Positions 11,949 through 27,000 of a stretch of 64,000 nt of DNA are shown here, piece by piece. This DNA is from Hydrolagus affinis (lineage: Eukaryota). A model generated the notes under the pieces. It had not been told where the DNA came from, did no database searches, and saw only the letters and a list, made by a program, of their open reading frames with translations. The first letter of the stretch is position 1, and every line of letters starts with the position of its first letter. The stretch spans positions 1-64,000 of the forward strand of contig JAAILG010001137.1 of assembly GCA_012026655.1 (NCBI GenBank), read 5' to 3'. Both the position numbers and the translations under genes were made by a program.

Positions 11949-13349
11949 CCACATCATTGTGCCAGGCTGAACACAGCTGTGTATGATTAACAAGCATTCA
12001 GATGGATGGAGAAGATTCGTGGGAGTTTATCTATTTTCTCTCTCTCTCTCTGGATTTTTCAGTGCTTTAGAGCATATTTCATTGCCATAAAGGGACAGAT
12101 GTAACCCAACCATGGCTGTTTATAAATGAACAAGAACAGGTTGGAGAGCTGCCGCTCTGGGGACACAAAATCTCAACTCCCCATTGCACACCACAACATA
12201 ACAGAACTGTTCGTTTCGACCTAAAGTTTTCTCGTACAAATCCTACATGTGGGCTCAATAGCAGAAGATCACATGTTGATGCCAGAATATAAAACGAGAT
12301 AACATTGGACAGTTAATTCAGCGTCAAATCCACTCTTACTTTGGGTTGAACTGATTCCAAATTGGCAATGGCATTAATCCTTGCCTCGAGCTGAGTTTAA
12401 CTTATGCCAGGACCGGCTTGTATTATACTGCAAAAGGTCTTACACTATCGACAGTGTCAACTTGTGTTCAGTCCTAGTCAACGAACAAACAAAGCCGGTG
12501 ATAAGGGCCGTGTAACTTTTGTAAAGGCAAGAATTAGTAACAAACAATTGGGGGTTAATAACGAATAAGTACTTTAGATTTTTAACAGCCAGTAATTTAT
12601 TTCAATCGAGCCTACCACCTTTGGTTGAGTTGGTAATTATCAATAAACGTTGCAATAGCTAATAACCGTCCATTGAAGTCGTTGCCGATCAGAAATCCTT
12701 CATAAAATTTGATATTGCTCGAAAGTACCGAACGGATCTGAGGAAGTTCACTTTCAGTCAACACAGCCTTGGAGGCAAACTCCTGTAAATTGCACAGACA
12801 AGCAGTTTGCCTCCTTTTACAGTGTTTTTTTTCCCCGACTGCACAATGCGAACAGCCCTTTCTTTCACGTCTGGTGCCTGACCAGACATTGAGAGGATGT
12901 ATCTGCTTGTTTCGCTGCTAACCTGCAGTTGGAAGAATAGGGGTGGTGGGGGGGGGGGGGGAGGGGGCGGGGGGGGGCACCAGGAATTGCTGAGCTGTCC
13001 CTGTTCCATTGATCTCTGACACAGCCATTCTCTGTATATTTAACCCTTCACCTGCGGCTTGCGACACGATGGGAGTTCTCACTGGGACACTGACCTCGGA
13101 TTGTTGTTCAATCGCCTTTGAATGTACCTTTTGTCTGACTGTTAGCAACCATTATGGTGTAACTTTGTCCCGAACAAACTGGATCAGCTTCACATGCTTA
13201 GAGTTTAGCAGTGGAGGTGGTGGTGTTGGGGGGGGGGGTGGCAGAGAAGAGAAATTCTGAACACCAATTATACAGGGCACAAGCAGAAATATAGGTTCAT
13301 GCTGAAAATGGTGTATTTTCTTCAAACAAAGCGGCTGTTGAGTGCTGTA

Positions 13350-13900
13350 TAAATAGAGTTGAAAAGACTTAAGGTTGCCTTAAGTTGGATGTTTGCAGAA
13401 CTGAGTGACACTTTTTTCCCCTCCAGAGATCTGTGAAGCCCTTTGAGATGGCTCAACGACACGACATGCAAAGAATCATATCAAACGCAAGAATTATTAT
13501 TCTAGTTGTTTCTGATACTGTGGGTGTGGGTGAGTTGCCGTTCCTGTGGTTTTGGGAGCTGTCTGCATCCAATCCAATTGTGGCACTCCTGTAGCTCAGT
13601 GGTTAGAGCACTCACCTGACAAGCGTGAGATCTTTGTTTCAAATCCAGGCAGGTCAGAGCGAAACCTTGGGCAAGTTTCCTTACTCCACATGCCTAATAA
13701 TAATCCCTTCAAAAAACAACACTATAATAAAATTGGTCATTTCAATCCAAAACTACTTGTGGGACACTGCTGTGCGCAATTGGCTGTCACATTTTGCCCA
13801 CAAATATACAGTCAATTCACTTTACAGTATATTCTGTGAAGAGCTTTGAGACATCTAGAAGACTTTGAAAAGCGCTATATCAAATGCAAGGATTATTATC
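13350..13900 (+). repeat. Local segmental duplication, copy 1 (copy 2 at 32838-33418)
   Basis: TAAATAGAGTTGAAAAGACTTAAGGTTGCCTTAAGTTGGATG... plus ~230 bp of flank and the adjacent SINE are shared. Confidence 0.92.
13583..13900 (+). mobile_element. Full-length tRNA-derived SINE (part of a duplicated segment)
   Basis: A/B boxes, body, tail. Confidence 0.92.
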
Positions 13901-14702
13901 ATTAGATATTAAAACACCCCCACAGCCAGGCTTGAAAGTAAAACAACAACCAACCTCTATCTTTTCAATAGAATGAATCTTAATGTCATTCAATGTTCAG
14001 GGAATTTTCTCAAGTCTCCTTTAACTGGAGAATATATAGCCCGGTAACACATAGGGTGAAGGGTGGAGGGGGTGGTGGGGTGGGGGGGGAGGGGGAATAC
14101 TTAATTCAGGTAGAGTAAATAAAAGCTTTCCAATCAAGAATAAAACTCTTGGCCGGATCAGTAAGATCTGCGTGTGTTCGAAAGCCAGCCGTGCATATCC
14201 TAATGAAATAAGGAAATATGTTCCTGATGGAATTCATTTCAAAGAGCATCTTTTCTATGGGAGTGTGGCCCTGGAACTTTTAACATCTGGCAAAAGAAAA
14301 GTGCTTTCAAAGAAGAGGGTTTTTTTTTGAAAATAGCTAATAATAACCATTTTATCAGTGCAAAAGGCAGATGTGATTTTGTGCTATGGGCAAGTCCTCT
14401 GTTTCAGGTTACTGGGTAACAGAGCAGCATTTGTTTGTGAACTATTGTCATTGTTCCATAAAATCACATCAAACAACAAAGTATAAAGCAGATTTGAACC
14501 GAGTTTTAAGATTGAAAATGCTACAATTTTCGTTTTATTTTTTCACACACGCACAGTAGTTACCAAATAAAACACTCAGGTAAATAAACAATGTTATATG
14601 TGCCTCCTCCAAAATAGTTGGACTTTTTTTTACTGTCCTGATGGTTTTACTGTGACTTTCCCATCAAGTTTAAACCATGTTCTGCTGGTGTCCTGCAATG
14701 AA

Positions 14703-14826
14703 TGGAGGATAGGTTTGCTGGGCTATGGAGAGACTTGGATTGATTTGGACAGCTCTCTTTTCAAAGAGCCTACACAGACACGATGGGCTGAATGGCCTCC
14801 TTCTGTGCTGTATAATTCTACGATAC
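14703..14826 (+). mobile_element. CR1-clade 3'UTR/tail
   Basis: GACACGATGGGCTGAATGGCCTCCTTCTGTGCTGTATAATTCTA is the conserved CR1 3' terminus. Confidence 0.8.
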
Positions 14827-17800
14827 AGTTGACGCATGAGCTACAGTCCTTGTGTTAGAGACTGACAGTTGGCCTCCGTCATTTGGGTTTGTAAGTAGCT
14901 GGAACGTTCAAAAGCATTGGAAAATCCTGCCAATATCGGATGCCACTGAAAGCCGAGTTTTTCTGTCAAGTGGACATTCTCAGTGCTTTACAAAGCCACA
15001 ATAAGCGATAAAACTTAATGCTCAAGATTTATGATGTGAGATTTTCATTGCTTAGTGTTTAGTCTTTGCAAGAGATGAGGTAGATACAGTATATATTATG
15101 CGAGAGCGTTGGTATATCTGGGCGATTCTTGTATTTTGCACGTTTAATTTGCTGATTCAGTCGATGGGTATAAACTATGAAATTAGTACTAATTGACTGT
15201 TGGATAAAAGTAAAATGTGACTCATTTTTCAGGCTTTTGTCCCAGCCCAATGTTGAAAACCAAGGGGATTGGGGACTGCTAATTCAATGATGAATAATGA
15301 CATGATTGTTTGTCAGTCAGACACTGAACAGGTGTTTTGGTGATGGAGTCTGTAAAGCAATAGGTCAGAACCACAGAATTTCACAGCAATAAGCTCTCCA
15401 GTTACAGCTGTAAAATTCCTATTATGCTGTTGATGAAGACCGGCCACAAAGATAGAGTATCTGACAGATTGAGCTGCTATGACCTGAAAGGGAGGCCTTC
15501 CCTACTTTAGTAAACCAGGTGGTAATTTTAGATTGCATTAGCAGTGGACTTTCACAAAGAAGACTGCATTGCCTGATAGAGGATCCGAGACTAACCTCAT
15601 TAGAAGCGGGAGCAAATTTCTTGTCTAAAATATTGAGACCGCACCATAACAATGACGAGAGGGAGAAAACATATGGTTTAATAAGGAGGGGAAAATTAAT
15701 AGTCTAGCATCAGCAAGGTGAAAGGGCACTTCATATCACATTGCCGCATGCAGTAGCACTAAATTAAATTTGGTAATTGAGATCTACTGTAGCTGTAATT
15801 ATTGTGCATAGTTGCCTGTCGGATTTACTTGTAGACGCTAATCCAAATGCCACCACAAAATACTGCATATCAGAGTTTGTCTACGTACATAATATGTGTC
15901 TATGACTCTGCTCTGGGGTCTTTGACAAGTGATAATTTAGCAAATACATATTTCGGAATTAGAAAGGAGAGAGAAAAAAAAGATTTTGCTGTCACAGAAG
16001 GAGTTCGGTAAATCCTAACAGAATTTGGGACGTGATCTAAAAAGAGATAAGATCACAGAAACGATCAGCAAATGAACTCTGAAAGGTCTGTGCTCTGTTG
16101 TGCGAAGCAGTTAATACCGATGATGCGAGGCCACAAATGTATTATATATTATAATATATTACACCAGGCATTGTGTTGTTGTGGGTTGCCTCTGCAGTGA
16201 GTTTTGTTGACGGGCGTGGAAAATAACAGCACGAGGGAACAATAAAATGTCAGCTTGCATGAATTGTGGAACTGGCTAGAAAAATAATGACGTCAGTCTC
16301 GTCACGCTCCCTGTGCCCATGTTGGCTCCCGTGTTCTGACTGCAAATGCGCAGCCGCTACACGTGACAGTAAACACTGTCAAACGATTTGAGTTGTTTTG
16401 ACAATGTGGTAAAGGCGCTAGATCAATTGCAAGGATTATTATTATAATACGGTTGGTTTGTTGAGGCAATAACAGTCTGGAGCGACTTTGCCTACGCTAG
16501 GTGGGAGTCATTGATACTATAAGGCAATGACTTTTGTTGGGCGGGGTGGGGGTTGGAGTGGTGAGGTGGGGGGGTTATTGAGTGGGGTAGTAATCAGAGC
16601 ATTTACCCACCCTGTGTTTGCAACGTGGTCCAATATGACAATGGTATATGTGGCATTCTGTTCATTATTTTAGTTGTCAGTGCTGGCTCCAGCACTAGAG
16701 GCTCCTTTGAAGTTATTTTGGTGAGAGACATGCAGCGAGAGCAATAAGGCGACAGGGAAGGTCTCCGCTGGCTCACCAAAGGTTAAGGCCAAGAGTCTGA
16801 AGAGTGAGGTTTACCTATTTCCGATTCCTAGAATAACAGTCTATAAAGGGATCACATTGGCCCAAAATCACATCAATCTGCCGTTCGACAACCGAGGGTG
16901 TTACAGCAGCTCAGACGACTGTAGGAATTGAATCGCCACTGCCTTGGGCGGCCACACTGGGAACAGTATTTTAGCTTCAGGAGTGTTTAAAAACTCTATC
17001 AAAGGCTGAAGTCAATCTACTGCCTGGAACAAGTTCTAGATTTTTTTTCTTTCCTTGTATAATCATGGAGACTATTCCCAGCATCTTTGGATGTCCTCCC
17101 GACATGAAAGGTGCCATACAACTATCATTTTGTTGTTTTTGTAGTTAGCTATGTGGGCTGGATGGCCTGTTTCCGTGCCGCAATTGAAGACAGAAACAGT
17201 GAGACATCGGTTTCATTTCTATTGATACAATTTCAGGTATTTAAGGTGTTGTTCATTCCACCGATATTATGTCTCCGTCTTCCTACCACAAATACTTCAC
17301 TGCAAGAAATCAGATCCCCCAACTACCCATGGGATTATTAGCAATCAAACACATCATCCTCCCCCCACCACAAACTACACTCACAATAAATCGAGATTCT
17401 TACCAGTGAATCATTACCTTATTTCGCGTTTGAATCTACCTTTGGTGTTGGCTTCCAGATGCAGACACCAACCATGATAGGGGTAGCGCAGTGGTGTGAG
17501 GCAACAAAAAGTCGTATGAATCACGCAGATAGGAATAAAATGCATCTGCACCTGGATATGTTGTATTAAAGAGAAGATGATTCCATCTGAATACAAATGT
17601 GGTCAAACTAAGAGTGGAAAGAATGGTTTTACCTGACTCAAGCTTTAGTTTTTAATCTCTTGCGTTTGTCGTTAAAGAAGGAAGTGAGAGAGACCATCAT
17701 AGTAATCCTTGCATTTGATACATTTGATACCTTATCACGTCGTTGAGATGTCTCAAAGCGCTTCACAGCAAAGTGAATCGACTGTAAATTTTGTGGGCTG

Positions 17801-19711
17801 TGACTACACTTATTGTGTCGTAATCCGTAAAGCGATAATGACACAAATTGGACGTGAAACCCTAGTTTGCCACAGGCGGCCCAGAGTTTTAAAACGCGAG
17901 TGATTAATACCGGTGATGCTTTACATTATAAAATGTCACTGTATTCACGTTGCACGTTGATACGATCGCTCAACACTCAACGACGTAGGATGCACTTAAA
18001 TGGAGCGAACCCGGCCAATCATAAGTTCACGAAAAATAATGCGCAGCACAAAATAAGTATAAAAAAAAACACAGGAGAATATTTACATCACAAGGAGCGA
18101 ATATCGAATGCATTGTTATAAGATGTCAGCGTAGCTCCGATTCAGCATTTGATGCCATCCCAGAGAAACTGAATAGCACTCTAGGGGGAAAAAAAAGCTT
18201 TCCTATCAGCTGATTTACTTCAAGAGGTCTGGAACCATTAACAGTCTTAATATGCTGCATTACCTTTCTAGTCATTTGCTGGCCCTTTGTTGTGATACCT
18301 ACTTAAAATATCAAAGCAGCCCGAGCCTCAATAAGATATTGAAAACTGAGTAACACAGGTTTTCAGAGACAACACCGAACCTCCCTCCCTCTCTCCCTCA
18401 CCCTCACTCTTTTTTTTAACAGTTGTGTGGCAGTATCTAGAGAGAAAAAATCAAACGCTGATGGGTGGAACATCAAGGCCTGATGGGCCAGCGTCAGAAC
18501 AAAAAACAGTCTGTTATAAAATCAAAGCCTTTGAACAAAAGGGGGGAGAACATCAAGTATTCTGACTCACACAGCAGTCCCTCGATATAACCTGTTTGAT
18601 TACACAAACTAAATATTATCACAGCAAATATTTAAGCTCTGAAGTGTTCTGCATGTTATGCAAGGTAATGAATACTGAACCCACAACAGAGGGAAGAGTG
18701 AGACTGCACAAGTGTAGTGGTTTGTTGTATCTCTGGGATGATTGCTGCCTGAAGCATTGTGCTTCGAGCCCAACCTTAAAAAGTGGTTAACACGTAAAGC
18801 CCTCTGTAACTCTGATTCCACCTGCCAGTCACGCCGGCTTAACAGATGGGGGCATATATAAAAAAAATACCTGGGATGTGTTCTTTCCAACACTTTTCAT
18901 GAGGTTATTTTTTTTTGCACGCATGTGAATGGAGGTCTAGGTACAAAGTAGCTTTGCTTTAATCTTCAATCAAATATTTTGAGTATTGTCATTCATCGAA
19001 CTCCTTTTCTTTCACATGGTAATAAAATGAAATAGCTATACTGTTCTTTTGAAACTCAACAATAAAATCGAAATTACAGAAAGATGAGCCTGATGGATCA
19101 CTTTCTACCACTCTTTGGTAACCTGTCTCTTTCTTGTAATCCACCTTCACAACCGAAACTTTACAAAACCTTTGATGTAGTCTTGTACCAGTGCTATGTT
19201 TGAACTACTGCATTTGTTTTACGCAACTGATTAGGGAAAAGTTTGCTGTCAAATCAAGCAAGTAGCTGTTTATTGCAAAGTAATCTATACTTTTGTTTGT
19301 CTCCTCTTATTAAAAAGACTGCAAACGGGGGCCTCCTCGCATTGGGGACTAATGGGAATTCCTGACATTTCCGGGGGGGGAAAGAAATGAAAAAGATCCG
19401 ATTGAAACGCGGATTCAAAAACGTATGTGATTCACGCTAGAGGCAGACCTCAGTATTCCGACATCATATACATGATGTGCATTTTAAGAATGTTACGATG
19501 ATGATGAGATAATTGGAGGTGAGGGGACCCGAGTCAGAGGAGATACTGAGTTTAACGTGGTGAGGGAGCTCTGTTTATTGTAGTCGGAATGATTCAGCTC
19601 CTGCAGTGCTCTGGCTTAATGGCTGCATATACAACTGTTAATTCTCTCACACTGTCAGGCTCAAATCACTTTTCTAATTTATCTCCTCAGATTACTTTAT
19701 TGCTATTCCAC

Positions 19712-19811
19712 NNNNNNNNNNNNNNNNNNNNNNNNNNNNNNNNNNNNNNNNNNNNNNNNNNNNNNNNNNNNNNNNNNNNNNNNNNNNNNNNNNNNNNNNN
19801 NNNNNNNNNNN
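19712..19811. other. Assembly gap (100 N)
   Basis: Run of exactly 100 N, probably a placeholder of unknown true size. Confidence 0.99.
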
Positions 19812-22074
19812 CCCCAAAATGTATTTAAATTTTAAAAGATCTTGTTTATTTGAATGACTAATTTCAAACTAAATGATGTTTCAAACAAAATTCCTATTGA
19901 CGTTCCTCTAAATAAATCAACACAGCACTCCACTATAATGAATGTGTCTCTTTTTTAAAAAACTTCTGAGTATATTGCCTTCCCAATGCACATTGTAAAA
20001 TCACTAAAATGTGTTTTCTACACCCTGGAGTCTGCCCAAGTAATTTTATATAATGTACAGAGAGTGTGCGGCACCACTCATTTTTCCTGTTGTTTTCATT
20101 CACAAATTGAGCAAAACCAGAGAAGAAAACACAGTATAGTACATTGGCCTCAATGTTATAATGGGTAAGGCTGAATGACGCATATGAATACTGCTGGCTG
20201 TTTTCCATCTCTTAAGTCTTCATGCATCTTCAACTGAAAGGGTGGGACAATCTGGGTCATATAATTCTCTATGGACATTACATTAATGCCTGTTGATATT
20301 GGCTAACAGACGGTGTGTTCTACAGGCTGGATAAATGTCCCTGTTGCTTTTTAGACTAAGCCTATAAGATACTCCATCTAGTGTCCTGGCTGAGAAACAG
20401 CTAAATATGTCTTGGGAGGAAAATCTGGCTTGAAAATCAGCCAAGTCTGGGACTCAAACATGGATTCACTGAATGTGAGTCCAAAACTCCACTGATACAA
20501 CCTAATACAGTAATAATAGATAATGTTAATCCTTGCACAGAATATATTGTTAAGTGAATTGACTGTAAATTTGTGTTATACATATATATATATATAGTGA
20601 GTGTATAATTCACTCACAATCATAAGTGATTAAGAAATTCTGGTACATGGTGATTACGTTTCCCTGTATCTTGTGTTACACTTGACATCCAGTTTATTAA
20701 ACTGCAGCTTGTATTAATTATGGAATTTTGCTGCTAGAAAAAGAAAGTTCATTACTTCTGTAACCAGAATAGACTTGCTTCGCAGAAGCAAACTCCACAC
20801 AACTGAAAATATTTATCATTAAATCAATTAATTAGGAAGGCTATACATTTTGTACAGTTTGAATATTTGAAGTCAATGCTTTATGCAATTCTTAGACCAG
20901 TAATGGAACGCAAGTTTCCAAATTCAGAATAAACAATTTTGGCCAAGGTTTAATTTAGGCATGACTGATGAAAATCTAGCCGTGTTCCAACAAGGTTAAA
21001 ATGATATTCAACATAGAAGTACAAAGAGCAAAAAGGTTTCTGTAAAAAGAATTGTACTTTTAATGTACAGTGAAGAGCGTTGCAGTGTCCTGGCATGAAA
21101 GGCTCTATACCAAATACAGGTGGTAGGATTATTGCAAGACTTAATTGACTACACAAATATTCTTATTACAGTTATTTTGTTTTAAATTTGACATGCTATT
21201 AAAATAAACGCACAGGTACAATAAATGAAACAATAACAAAATTATGGTGATAGTTATTTCTAAGTTAATGAGAAATATCCGCCAAGTACGCAAATGTTTT
21301 GGTAACCACATGTTGTCTTTTCATAAATTCAACACTTTAATCTTGTAGGAAATCACACGTTTCATGCATGACAAAAAGAAACAAATTTAATGGAAGTTTC
21401 TCTTTTGAAAAGATTGGATCAAAGCACTTTTGATCAACATTGTAACGTAAGATGTTTTATAAATAGTACTGAATTCAAAGTTTGTTTTCCATGTACCGTA
21501 CAGATTTTCAAATCATGTTCAGTGTCAAACAATATACCAATTAGCTCACTGTTTGAATCATTTATGGGCACTCCAAACAATGTAAGGTGGTCTCTTAACC
21601 CACATGAAAAAAAAAGCCTGAGTGGTTCAGTAGAGAGCCACTGCCTGATCACCACAAACCAACAGGATGGGTGCAACGGTGAAAATGTCACCGAGAAATG
21701 ATAATGAATTATCCTGCAGTGAATCAGTCAGTCCACTTCTTCACAGGGAAGCGAAATGGGGCTTTCCGAGTGTTCGAAGAGTTGCTGTGTGCAAATGTAT
21801 TCAGGTGACACTCTCTTACTCGTAGCATTTGAAATCCCTGTTTTGGCACCAGAGAAGTAAATGTTGCTCATTACTACAAAAAACAAAATTACATTTGTAC
21901 AGCGCCTTCCACGTCAGGAGGACGTCCCCAGGCGCTAACCATAGTGACAGGAGTTTGATGTTAGGGGAATTAATGTATTATGAATGTTGGTTGATTGATT
22001 GCACTCATCGGCAGTGTGTGTTCTGCATGGTGATATGTGCATCCATCCACTTTCTCCAGTGGTACCAAGCCATG

Positions 22075-22398
22075 CAGTCCCTGAAGCTCAGTGGTTAGAG
22101 CACTCGCCTTACAAGCGTGAGACCTGGGCTCGAATCCAGGCAGGTCAGGGCGAAACCTTGGGCAAGTTTCCTTACTGCACACGCCTGATAATAATCCCTC
22201 AAAAAAAAAACTATAATAAATTGATCATTTCAATCCACGACTGTTTGTGGGGGACGCTGCTGTGCGCAATTGGCTGCCGCATTTCGCCCACAAATATACA
22301 GTCAATTCACTTTACGGTATATCCTGTGAAGTGCTTTGAGACGTCTAGAAAATGTGAAAAACGCTACATCAAATGCAAGGATTATTGTTATTATTATT
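22075..22398 (+). mobile_element. Full-length tRNA-derived SINE
   Basis: A/B boxes, CTTACAA loop, body, tail. Confidence 0.92.
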
Positions 22399-23689
22399 CC
22401 ACGATGGTCTCAATAGACCGACAAGTTCGCTGTCAAGATTGCAATTTGATCCTTTAGCTCAGGTTCACAAATTAGTTACATTCTCAAAGCTGGTTTTGAA
22501 GTTGTCTGCCTGCCCATATCCTTTTAGAGGTCAGTCAACCGAGGCTGGATTTAATATGAAGTGTTCTCTGTATATTGAGTTGTGGTCTTTTATAATGATC
22601 CTTTTACGTATGCATCTCAGTTTCACCTGATGGTGGGCAGATTCTACAGACCACTGGAGATTAACTGAATTCTCCCAGTGCATATTAAGCATTCAAGATA
22701 ATTTCAGTGTTATTCAGAAACCCCAAATAATAATAGTCTAGCGTCCACCCACTGTTATAGAGGAGGCCATAAGTATAATTGGTCTAAATTAGGACCCCAG
22801 TTCAGTACTTCTGTTTCTGTGATATTTTAAATGAACTTGATGTTTAGAGTCCAGCCGTCATTGAAGGAGGTCACTCATCCCATCACTTCCTATAATTTAT
22901 TTGTGGTTTCTGCGTGGAAATAGTTGATTTTTTTTAAAAAAAATCTTCAGTCAGGAACAATGATTGAAGACGACACGTCTAATGCCTGAAGTGAAACCGG
23001 TAGTGTGATTGGAGAATAAAGTAGGGATTAACCCACAGTATGAGACTATCTTCCCAAAGTGCACTTTAATGGTAATAATGGCTGTTCCAACTTGTTCTGA
23101 AGTGGAACAGGAAATGTAACCATTGAGTGCTCCTTCTAATTGAAACAGATTTTTGATGACTCGGTTCCGCCTCATCATTTTATTTATCCAGTTCCTACGA
23201 CAAGTAACACGCAACTGATCCCCTTCAGATACTCGGCGACATGTTGCGACATTTCTGGCATCTTAACATTGTCCTCCTGTACTTTGTGTCATCTCACGAA
23301 CGACCGGGTAATGGCCGAGTTACGGTGAAACACGCAGATCGCAGCTCGACTGATAATAACCCAGAGAAAAGGAAGCTAGGCATGCCATTTGTATTAAACT
23401 CTCTCTCTCTCACACAGACACACACACACACACACAAGCCCACACTTAAACAGAACCACTTGATTCCCCGCAGCCTTTGTTGATTTAAGGTTCCAACATT
23501 CTGCTTGCATTCTGTGGTCTGAAGTGCACAGTATTTTGTTTCAGAAAGTACCAAATTCCCAAAATGTCTGGCACTATGGGCAAATATAAACAACCTCGTA
23601 ATAAAGCAACATCTATTTCGGGAATGTCAACAAAAATTGGTACCATTCTTGCAGCCTCATCCTTTTAGGAGGATGATTTTATAATACAG

Positions 23690-24019
23690 TAATAATAATA
23701 CTAACCCTTGCATTTGAAATAGCGCTTTTCACGTCTTCTAGACTGTGTATCAAAGCGCTTCACGGAATATACTGTAAAGTGAATTGACTGTATGTTTGTG
23801 GGTGAAACGCGGCAGCCAATTGCGCACAGCAGCGTCCCCCACAAACAGTCGGGGATTGAAATGACCAATTTTATTACTGTGTTTTTTGGGGGGACGGATT
23901 ATTATTAGGCGTGTGTGTGGAGTAAGGAAACTTGCCCAAGGTTGCGCCCTGACCTGCTTGGATTCGAACACAGGTGTCACGCTTGTAAGGCGAGTGCTCT
24001 AACCACTGATCTACAGGAC
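23690..24019 (-). mobile_element. Full-length tRNA-derived SINE
   Basis: Reverse complement matches head, body and tail. Confidence 0.92.
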
Positions 24020-27000
24020 ATATTTGAATATTGCTCTGTTTCGGAATTTTTTTTCCTCTCGCGTAGTGTGTGTTTTTTTTAAACTGTCGCATTGCTGAAA
24101 TGTTCGCAAGTTAACACAGAGCCTCGCTGCAGATGATTCAGGATTGTTGCAACTTTATCTAAGGGCCCAGGAAGCAATCAATGACCGAGCTAAATCACTC
24201 AGACAAATTAGGTGTAAATTCTACAACACGCCAGCAGTTGTCAGTTATGTGAGTCCAGCCAAATTACCCGTACTGTGTTATTTTGGCAGGACGTATACAC
24301 TGGAAGCCTCTCCAAGACTCATTGCTAGTTCAATCGCTAAATCATAGCCAATTCACACCATCCCCAACAAAACTTACATGTTCAGTTGCCATGTAACATG
24401 ATATAAAACAACTTCTGATTCCCTGTCTGGAAATGTGCCAGAAAACAACTTCAGTCAGGAGTTGACTTGAGCAGCTGCTAAGCACTAAATCACGGGCACA
24501 CATCAGAAATTCTACATCCTGTCGCAGAACTAAGAAAAGTGTTGTAAGAATGCGCTTACATAATAGGCAAGAAAACAACCAGGAGAATTGTTCTCTCTGT
24601 ATTATGTCGGTAATCGTTAGACATAAAATAAATAGACTTACGTCGGGAAGATACTACTGTCACAACGCAGACTCATTTCAGCCGGACAAAAAAATAAATC
24701 TTCCCGTCGCAAAATTGATTCACGATTCGGCTGAATTCAACCTCCGTTCCCCTTCGAGCTTGGCCACACACCGATTAAAACTTTTATCTTTCTGAACCTT
24801 TTTCCCGAGACGCAGAATTGTCTCTGTACTTGCCTTCGTTGCGAACATCCTCCCGTCACCCGTACGAGAATAAAAAGATAATGAGGCTGTTTGAAAGTCT
24901 GGCTGGGGCAAGAAGCGCAACACAAACATAATAATTAATGTATTATTGCTATTATAGCACAAACATTATCGACAGACTTGGTTAATAACACTTCAGGATT
25001 TGAACTCTCTTATTTGTGCCTGATGAAAGATGTGAGACGGGCGCAAAATTGTGAAAATATCCTGGTTGTTGTATTATTTTTGTTGTGGTTTTTATTGTTT
25101 TGGAGATGGATGATGAAATGTTGGGGGGAAACGGCTGATGGTCGAGTGGCAGATTATTTTCCGGGGTTGATATTAATAATAATAATAATCCTTGCATTTG
25201 ATGTAACGCTCCTCATCTCAACTTCTAGATGTCTCAAAGCGCTTCACGGAATATACCATCAACTTAACTGACTTTTGTGGGTGAAACGCGGCAGCCAATT
25301 GCGCACAGCAGCGTCCCCACAAAACAAACCAGCTGAAGAGGCTCTGACTTTGCACTCCACAAATGAGAAATCAAAAGACAACAGGGTTTTCCAAAAGACT
25401 GTTGAGCGCAGTCACACACACACACACACACACTCCAGGTTATTTTGACCTCACGCGCCTATGTATTAGATTTCTCAGATTTCACTAATTGATTAGCGGA
25501 TTCTTTGTGCTTAAAACACCGACATCGATCAGCGGTGAATCACCCCGGACTGCGTTCAGTCAACCTCCACTCTGTCATCAGTCTTGTCCTACAAGATGTC
25601 TCTCTCACAGATTGCATGGGAGAGTAACAGAGGCGGCACGGCATAGCCAGAATGTGAAGTTTATTTTTCTACGGCGGGGGAAGGAATACAATGTGGCAAA
25701 TTCCTTGCATAACTTCCCATTTTCATGGACTATTAGTGTTGAAGGAATGAGTGTGTTTTAGCACTTATCTAAGGATTCTATTCCCCTTCAAAGTTAACCA
25801 GCGATGTGGCCAGCCAGTGTTGTAGGAGATGCAGTCTCTCTGCCGTTAACACTTTCAATACTGAGAATTCTAGCTCAGCTTGTCGGCAAAAGATATGTTT
25901 AATATTCGTTGAATGTAGAATATTAAGAAGTAGAATAGAGAAAGTGAGCGGATGGAAGAAAGTTTGTTAATTCTGTGTAAACTTAGCTTTCATTCAAAAT
26001 CAATTATATTGACTTTCCCATTCCAATCCTTGCAAACCAGAAACAAGACGCACCATCAAATCTCACCCAGAGAAATAATAATAATTAATAATAATCCTTG
26101 CATTTGATATAGTGCCTTTTGTGTCGGGAGAACATCTCAAAGTGTCTCACAGTATTTACTATAAACTATAACACCTATGTATTTTATAGGCAAACACAAA
26201 GGCAGATCATAGAGTAATACAAAGCGTTGAAGCAGCCTGTGAGGAGAATATTATACTTCTTATATTATATTTGCTTTGTTCTAATTATTATTTTATTATT
26301 TATTCTATTTATTCACCTCGCAGTTGTGCTTAAATGTGTTGCTTAATTCTTCCCCGTGATTGTAAAACATAAATGTTGCATTCACCAACACGTGAAATGG
26401 AAATGAACGGAACCTTTGAACAGTGTAGGAAATCCTAAAATAGCAGTTGGCGACAAAAGCAATGTGAGGAACTGAGGTTGCAGGAAGCGAACTGATGTAA
26501 TATGCTGACTAATGTTTGGTTTCGAAAGTTGTGTCTGATAGCTTGTTATTAAATTCTTGAACGGCAGTCAGTTTTTTTTTGTCACAATCTTGCGCTAAGA
26601 TGACACGCATTGCTTACTAGGAAACGAGGTTGTGCACCAGACATTTGCGTCATGTGTGGTTTACTGGAATGGGTGTAATATCAGATGTTAGTATCTGAAA
26701 ACAGTGATTAAGCATGGGTGAGTCTGGTTTTACTCCATTAACACTCAGGGTTCAGCAAAACAGGGACCCAAACGCTGCTTTGTGCATTAATCACACAGTC
26801 GGTAAAGACAGGCTTTGGCTAGAATATATAGGTAAATGATTACTGTAGATCACACCATTGTAACAGTCTGGAAAGCCTGCCGTAGAGTTCTTTGGATTGT
26901 AGCCAAGAGATAGACTGAGCAAGAGAACGGATTGAGAGTAGCGTTGTCATACGGACTCATAGAAAGTGTGCAGACATGTTGTGGGCAGCTCTTTTGATAT

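Noticed and set aside
23010-23120. IFPKCTLMVIMAVPTCSEVEQ loosely like a hAT dimerisation motif
   Set aside because: Similarity too weak, with no TIRs or other transposase sequence
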